64,000 nucleotides of DNA, from contig JASFLY010000006.1 of assembly GCA_050117845.1 (NCBI GenBank), positions 65,701 through 129,700 of the forward strand. The letters run 5' to 3'. The notes under the pieces were generated by a model. That model ran no database searches. It saw nothing but the letters and a program-made list of their open reading frames with translations, and was not told the DNA's origin. This document shows, one piece after another, positions 59,181 to 64,000 of this stretch (position 1 is its first letter; the number at the start of each line of letters is the position of its first letter). Position numbers and translations under genes: made by a program. The stretch comes from Candidatus Zixiibacteriota bacterium (GTDB lineage: Bacteria > RBG-13-66-14 > B26-G2 > WVWN01).

Positions 59181-61232
59181 ATGGGCCGCAATTACGACGT
59201 GAACAAGTACGGCGTGGTCGTCTCCCCGTCCCGGGCCGACGTCCGGCTCGAGCGTGACGGGCGCTTCCACGCCACGGTGCGGTACGCCCGCGACCCGGCG
59301 ACCGGGAAGTGGCACGGGTCCTACGATATGGGAACGTCGATCTCCGGGCGCTCGGGGCCGGTCACGTACGACGGCCCGGCCTTCCCGTCGTCGTCGGCCT
59401 GCATCCGCCACTACATGGAAGGAATGCTGGCCGAGATCCGGGAAAAGATAACGCCGCCCATCCACGACAGTTGCGTGGGCCCCACCGAAATCAAAGGATG
59501 CAAGCAACTCATAAAACTCATTGAGGAATTCCTAACCAACCTTACGGACGAAAGCGAGGGCAAGACGATGGAGAGAGAAGCCACGACTTTGAAACTGGAC
59601 CAGATAGAGGACGGCGTCGAACTTCGGCACACCGCGCCCGGCGAGGATTGGGCCGGGTTCGTGGAGTCGGTGCGGGAGAACGGCGTACTCGAGCCGGTCC
59701 TGGTCCGCCCGGGCGAGAACGGGAAGTACTCCCTGATCGCCGGCCGGCGCCGCTACACGGCGGCCGCGGAGGCCGGACTCGAGGAGGTCCCGGCGGTGAT
59801 CTTCGCCGCGGACGACAACGACGCCGCCCGGATCGCGCTGATCGAGAACCTGCAGCGCCGGGACCTGACACCGGTAGAGGAGGGACTGGCCTTCCGCGAG
59901 CTCCGGGACACGTTCAGCCACACGTTGGAGGACGTGGCCGCGCGCGTCGGCCGGTCGGTGCCGTACGTCTCCGAGTACATCCGGTTCCTCGACCTGCCGG
60001 AGGAGGCGACCGCGGCGCTCGACGACGGCCGCATAACGCCGTCCCACGCCCGCGTCCTGCTTCACCTGCCGGACGACGACGCCCGCCGGAAGCTGGTCGC
60101 CGAAATCATCGAGGGCAAGCTGTCGGCCCGCATGGCCGCGCTGAGGATCCGGCGTTACATGACGGAACTCGAGGACGCCATATTCGACACGGCCGAGTGC
60201 GTCGGGTGCGCCAGCAACACCGACAACACCCCCTCCCTCTTCGAAATGGACGTTAGCAAGGGGATGTGCCTGAACGAGGAATGCTACGAGAAGAAGGTCC
60301 AGGAGGTTTACGAAGGGACGGTCACCGCGGCGAAAGCGGCGGGTATCCCCGTGTTCGAAATCGAGGGATGGGGGACTCCCGAGGAAGCCGCCGATTACTC
60401 GGAGATCTACGAGTACCTGGTAGGCGAGGACGCTTACAGGGAGAAGTGCGGGACCTGCCTTAAGAAGGCGTGCATCGTCCACCGCCGCGAGGATGGGACC
60501 ATCTTCAAGATCGAATACATGTGCGGCGACGCCGACTGCATGGACGACCTGAAGCAGGAATACGCCGAAATAAAGGCGGGAACGGACGGCGGATCGGCCC
60601 AGGACACTGAGGAACGGAAGGCGCGCCGGCAAGAGCGCCGGGCCAACCGGATGCGGGAACGCGTCGGGGAAGAACTCGGGAAACAGATGGCGCAGTTCGT
60701 CGCCGAGAAATTCCGGGACATGGTCAACGAGGACGATCCGTTCTGGGCTAGCGACGTCGCGGCGCTCGTCACCGCGGCCTACGATTCGGAGGACGAGTTC
60801 GAGGCCTTCGAGGAGATCACGGCCCTGACGCCGGCCGACCGGGCCAAGCGGTTCCGGAAAACGGTCGTCAAGCAGCTTATCGTCAACGTCGACTACTCGC
60901 CGTTCGGCGGTAAGGAAATCGCCCACCTGGCCGGGCGCTACGGCTTCGATCCGGCCGCGGACTTCCAGGTCAACCAGAAGTACCTGCAGGCCCACGACGT
61001 CCCCACACTCGCGGCGTTCGCCGAGGGCTACGGCATCGTGGTCGAGCCCGCGGACAACGAGACGGCGAAGGACGTCGCCAAGGAAATCCTGAAACTCGCG
61101 AAGAAGCTCGGCGTGAAATTCGCGACGCCCCCCGACGTGATCGACGTCGCGGCGGGGGAGTACGGGTTTGCGACGAGCGAGGAGGAAGGGTCGGCCGATG
61201 AATCGGGCGGCGACGTATCCGACGGAAGCTAA
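59181..61232 (+). CDS. ParB/RepB/Spo0J family protein with extensions
   Basis: GVLEPVLVR, IAGRRRY, IENLQRRDL, HTH, C-terminal CxxC clusters. Confidence 0.88.
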   Translation: MGRNYDVNKYGVVVSPSRADVRLERDGRFHATVRYARDPATGKWHGSYDMGTSISGRSGPVTYDGPAFPSSSACIRHYMEGMLAEIREKITPPIHDSCVGPTEIKGCKQLIKLIEEFLTNLTDESEGKTMEREATTLKLDQIEDGVELRHTAPGEDWAGFVESVRENGVLEPVLVRPGENGKYSLIAGRRRYTAAAEAGLEEVPAVIFAADDNDAARIALIENLQRRDLTPVEEGLAFRELRDTFSHTLEDVAARVGRSVPYVSEYIRFLDLPEEATAALDDGRITPSHARVLLHLPDDDARRKLVAEIIEGKLSARMAALRIRRYMTELEDAIFDTAECVGCASNTDNTPSLFEMDVSKGMCLNEECYEKKVQEVYEGTVTAAKAAGIPVFEIEGWGTPEEAADYSEIYEYLVGEDAYREKCGTCLKKACIVHRREDGTIFKIEYMCGDADCMDDLKQEYAEIKAGTDGGSAQDTEERKARRQERRANRMRERVGEELGKQMAQFVAEKFRDMVNEDDPFWASDVAALVTAAYDSEDEFEAFEEITALTPADRAKRFRKTVVKQLIVNVDYSPFGGKEIAHLAGRYGFDPAADFQVNQKYLQAHDVPTLAAFAEGYGIVVEPADNETAKDVAKEILKLAKKLGVKFATPPDVIDVAAGEYGFATSEEEGSADESGGDVSDGS

Positions 61233-61602
61233 GGACCTGACCCAGGTCGACGTCTACGAGCTGCTCGCCCTGTACGGCGGCAGCCTGACGGGCGCGGGCC
61301 GGTCGAAACTAAACTCCCTCCTGGAGCACATGAGCTATCCGGAGGAACTCGTCGGCGACGTACGCGTGGAGGCCGGCAACCGGCTGTATTTCGCGGCCAA
61401 GGCCGAGATCGAAACGATGCTCGGCCTGGCCGCCGCCGGCGCCCCGGAGTCCCCACCGCCCGACGACCGGCCGACGCCACGGTCCAGGAAGGATCGGGCC
61501 CAGGCCGCGGTTATCGAGCGGGCGGCCGCCGCCAAGGAAGGCGCGAAGTTCGCGGAGTTGATCCGGCGAGCGAAGGAGAAGGCGAAGAAGGTGGAGGTAT
61601 GA
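61198..61602 (+). CDS. Hypothetical phage protein
   Basis: ORF with an ATGA overlap into the next gene. Confidence 0.55.
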   Translation: MNRAATYPTEAKDLTQVDVYELLALYGGSLTGAGRSKLNSLLEHMSYPEELVGDVRVEAGNRLYFAAKAEIETMLGLAAAGAPESPPPDDRPTPRSRKDRAQAAVIERAAAAKEGAKFAELIRRAKEKAKKVEV

Positions 61603-61982
61603 CATTCGATTTTCAGATAGAAGAGACGCGGGACAACTTCGACGCGCTGGCTGCCGAGGTTTACAACGAACGCTGCCGTCAGCGCGGGAAGTGGGGTCCG
61701 CAGAAGCACGACCTTGACCACTGGCTCGTCATCCTCGGCGAGGAGTACGGCGAGGCCTGCGAGTGGGCGCTGGAAGCGAGGGCGGCGGTGCGGGCCCTCA
61801 ACCTCGGGAGTATTCCCCCGGGCAAGTTGACGGACGCCGAACGAGCGCAGTACGAGTACGACGCCGCGGCTGGAGTCCAACAGATCCGTGCCGAGTTGAT
61901 CCAGGTCGCGGCCGTCGCGATGGCCATCGCTTCCGGCCTTCCGGCGGCCTCGGAGGAGGACGCATGCCCGACGTCATCGTAA
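61599..61982 (+). CDS. MazG-like all-alpha NTP pyrophosphohydrolase
   Basis: WLVILGEEYGEA, ELIQVAAVA. Confidence 0.7.
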   Translation: MTFDFQIEETRDNFDALAAEVYNERCRQRGKWGPQKHDLDHWLVILGEEYGEACEWALEARAAVRALNLGSIPPGKLTDAERAQYEYDAAAGVQQIRAELIQVAAVAMAIASGLPAASEEDACPTSS

Positions 61983-62341
61983 CGACTCCCAAGAACCGGA
62001 TGGCCGAAGCGGCGCTCGAGGCCGAGGAAATCAAGGCAGTCGGCGGCGGGTACTACTACCGGGAGTTTAAATATCGCGTCGCGCCGGCGGCCATCGGTGA
62101 AGGCGATAGGGTTTATTACGTCGAGGACGGTTATATCCGGGGTTTCTGTTTAGTATCGCGAGTGGCGAAGAATTACATGCTTCGGTTCATGACCGTTTTT
62201 ATGGACCCGACGTCCTGGAAGTGGATCAAACCGCTGCCCTGGAAAGCGCCGCGGTCGTTCCAATACGCGCCCGCGTACCTCCACGACAAGGTGGAGATCG
62301 TCGGCGGCTGGCTCGACCCGAGACCGGAGGTCGACGCGTAA
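61964..62341 (+). CDS. Hypothetical protein, possible PUA/ASCH-like fold
   Basis: GGAGGA SD + ATG 61964; GDRVYYVEDGYIRG, RSFQY. Confidence 0.55.
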   Translation: MPDVIVTTPKNRMAEAALEAEEIKAVGGGYYYREFKYRVAPAAIGEGDRVYYVEDGYIRGFCLVSRVAKNYMLRFMTVFMDPTSWKWIKPLPWKAPRSFQYAPAYLHDKVEIVGGWLDPRPEVDA

Positions 62342-62728
62342 ATGAGTACGCCAAGGATACTAACAACTAACTACGCCACGTACCAACGCCTGGGCCTCGC
62401 CGGCGGCGTCGCCGTCTCCGTGACGGTGCCGCCCTGGTTCAAGGGGCCCACCTGCCCGGCGCTCGTGCCGCCGCCGGACCTGGTGAAGGAGTACCGGGGC
62501 CGGGAGGTCACCGCCGTCGAGTACGAGGCGTTGTACCTGGCCAAGCGGCTCAACCTGCTGGACCCGGGACGCGTGGCCGAGGAACTGGTCGAGCTGGCGG
62601 CGCCGTACGAGCCGATACTCCTGTGCTGGTGCGGCCGGCGCAAGTTCTGCCACCGGCGCGTCATCCGCGAGTGGTTCGATCGCGCCGGCATTCGATGCGA
62701 GGAGGTAAACGTAGATGCCCGAGGATAA
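62342..62728 (+). CDS. DUF488-like protein
   Basis: VSVTVP.W, L.PP, LLCWC....CHR. Confidence 0.75.
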   Translation: MSTPRILTTNYATYQRLGLAGGVAVSVTVPPWFKGPTCPALVPPPDLVKEYRGREVTAVEYEALYLAKRLNLLDPGRVAEELVELAAPYEPILLCWCGRRKFCHRRVIREWFDRAGIRCEEVNVDARG

Positions 62729-62894
62729 GGAACAGCAGGAAACGTACCAGGTCAACCTGCCGGAGAACCTGTACCGGCCGGTCGCGAAGTTCGCCGACAT
62801 CGCCGGGGTCCACCCCGACGACATAGTCGCCCGGATAATCCGCAACTACCTGGACAACATCGGCGTCAGGGTGGACGACGAGGGGGGCGAGTAA
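62715..62894 (+). CDS. Small ribbon-helix-helix-like protein
   Basis: Manual translation: YQVNLPENLY...DIVARIIRNYL; GGAGG SD. Confidence 0.55.
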   Translation: MPEDKEQQETYQVNLPENLYRPVAKFADIAGVHPDDIVARIIRNYLDNIGVRVDDEGGE

Positions 62895-62990
62895 CGTGGT
62901 CGCGATAGCCTTACTCGTAATCGCCGTGGTCGGCGCGATCGTGTACGCGCACCTGTCCGCGGCCAACAGCGACTCGAAGGAGGGACGATT

Positions 62991-63275
62991 ATGAACGGAG
63001 CGGAAGCACTTGACCGTACCGCAACCCGGGCCGCCCTTCGCGAACTGGCGGCCGCCATCGCCGAGAAGTTCGCCTTCGCGATCGTCTACCTGGCGCTCGG
63101 CGCCGTCGCCGGCGGCGTCCTCGTGTACCTGGGCTTCCAGGCCTGGATCGGCAAGTCGGCCGGGTTCTGGTACCTGACGTCGTCGTACGTAATCGCGGCC
63201 GTCGGGGGATTGACGGTGGTCGTCGTCTGGGCGGCCGTGAAGCTCCTGGCGTTCGCGGCGAGGAAGCCGAAATGA
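62991..63275 (+). CDS. Two-TM membrane protein
   Basis: GGAGG SD; two hydrophobic helices. Confidence 0.6.
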   Translation: MNGAEALDRTATRAALRELAAAIAEKFAFAIVYLALGAVAGGVLVYLGFQAWIGKSAGFWYLTSSYVIAAVGGLTVVVVWAAVKLLAFAARKPK

Positions 63276-63439
63276 CGAGCGGCTACTACTGCCCGAAGTT
63301 CGACCACGTCTTCGAACGGTTGGACCACTGCGTTCACTACAAGAACGATCGCCGCGGCGAGCGGTGCGAACTCACGCGGAACAAGGGGAAGTGCATCGCG
63401 GAACCCCGGTACACGACGAGGGACGATGGCGAAGGATAA
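63272..63439 (+). CDS. Small Cys-rich protein (55 aa)
   Basis: Manual translation MTSGYYCPKF...C...C...C; ATGA overlap. Confidence 0.45.
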   Translation: MTSGYYCPKFDHVFERLDHCVHYKNDRRGERCELTRNKGKCIAEPRYTTRDDGEG

Positions 63440-63959
63440 CGGCATCGTAACTATCGCCTTCGACCCGGGCCGGCACACCGGCTTCGCCATCTACCTCGGC
63501 GAGAAGCTGATGCGCTTCGGGCAGATAACCGTCAACGATACGACGGACGTCGCGGCCCGCGTCGCCGACATCCTGGCGGGCCGCACCGGCTACCCCGAGG
63601 GCGGCGCCCCGATCCGGCCGGCCCTCGCGATCGTCGAGGAGGGCTCCGACTGGTACCAGGAGAGCCACCGGCGGCGCGACGGCGCCGGCGAGCGCGCGCT
63701 GCGGCGGGGGATGAAGGTCAACACGGAGTGCCGCTTCCGCCTCGAGCGCGCCCTGTTGCGGGCGGGGATCCCGCACCTGAGCGTGAAGCCCGAAACGTGG
63801 GGCGCAGCGAATTACACGCTCGCCGACGTCCTGGCCGAACTCGCCCGGGCCGGCATCCCGGAACCCAAGGACTTCCGCATCAAGGGCCGCGGCCACCAGC
63901 GGGACGCGATCGTCCTCGGCGGCCGGATGGCGAGGAGGCGCGTATGGGACGTAAGGTAA
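63426..63959 (+). CDS. RuvC-like Holliday junction resolvase
   Basis: IAFDPG..TGFA, IVEE, V.P..W, HQRDAI. Confidence 0.72.
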   Translation: MAKDNGIVTIAFDPGRHTGFAIYLGEKLMRFGQITVNDTTDVAARVADILAGRTGYPEGGAPIRPALAIVEEGSDWYQESHRRRDGAGERALRRGMKVNTECRFRLERALLRAGIPHLSVKPETWGAANYTLADVLAELARAGIPEPKDFRIKGRGHQRDAIVLGGRMARRRVWDVR

Positions 63960-64000
63960 TGAGACATTACTAAGATGAACTAGGTATTTAATCGGCTACT

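Larger units (their letters stand above)
42453..64000. mobile_element. Temperate prophage-like element, left part (continues beyond the window)
   Basis: tRNA-adjacent integrase, cargo, ImmA/repressor//Cro switch, Xis, recombination and early genes; no virion genes inside the window. Confidence 0.88.

Overview
This is a high-GC bacterial window in two parts. (1) Positions 1 to ~42450 are host chromosome: smc, a Yip1/lipoprotein/TPR-CapA/ricT/SPFH/LEA2/M16-peptidase run, a methyltransferase plus two B12-radical-SAM enzymes plus a pentapeptide-channel cluster, a vWA protein, ALDH, orphan mreD, eno-ftsB-thiI-like, gdhA, fba, a T9SS-like CTD protein, an RND pump, ogt, a metallophosphoesterase, a helicase-associated protein and tRNA-Ser(UGA). 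(2) Positions ~42453-64000 are the left part of a temperate prophage-like element that runs out of the window: tyrosine integrase, an AT-richer cargo hotspot, an ImmA/repressor//Cro switch with five 11-bp operators, and an early operon (CII-like, Xis, PD-(D/E)XK nuclease, SMC-like ATPase, ParB, MazG-like, DUF488, RuvC-like). The strongest novelty candidates are all in the element: a three-gene Ser/Thr kinase + putative TIM-barrel + convergent restriction-fold nuclease module next to an ApeA-like HEPN gene; an in-frame UGA at a conserved Cys (UxxC) followed by a SECIS-like hairpin; placement of the element on the 5' side of an intact tRNA; and a WYL/PafBC-type promoter. The T9SS-like CTD and the SLGRVKAVFK tail suggest an uncultured FCB-related candidate phylum (inference only). 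All family calls come from motif recognition; no database searches were run.
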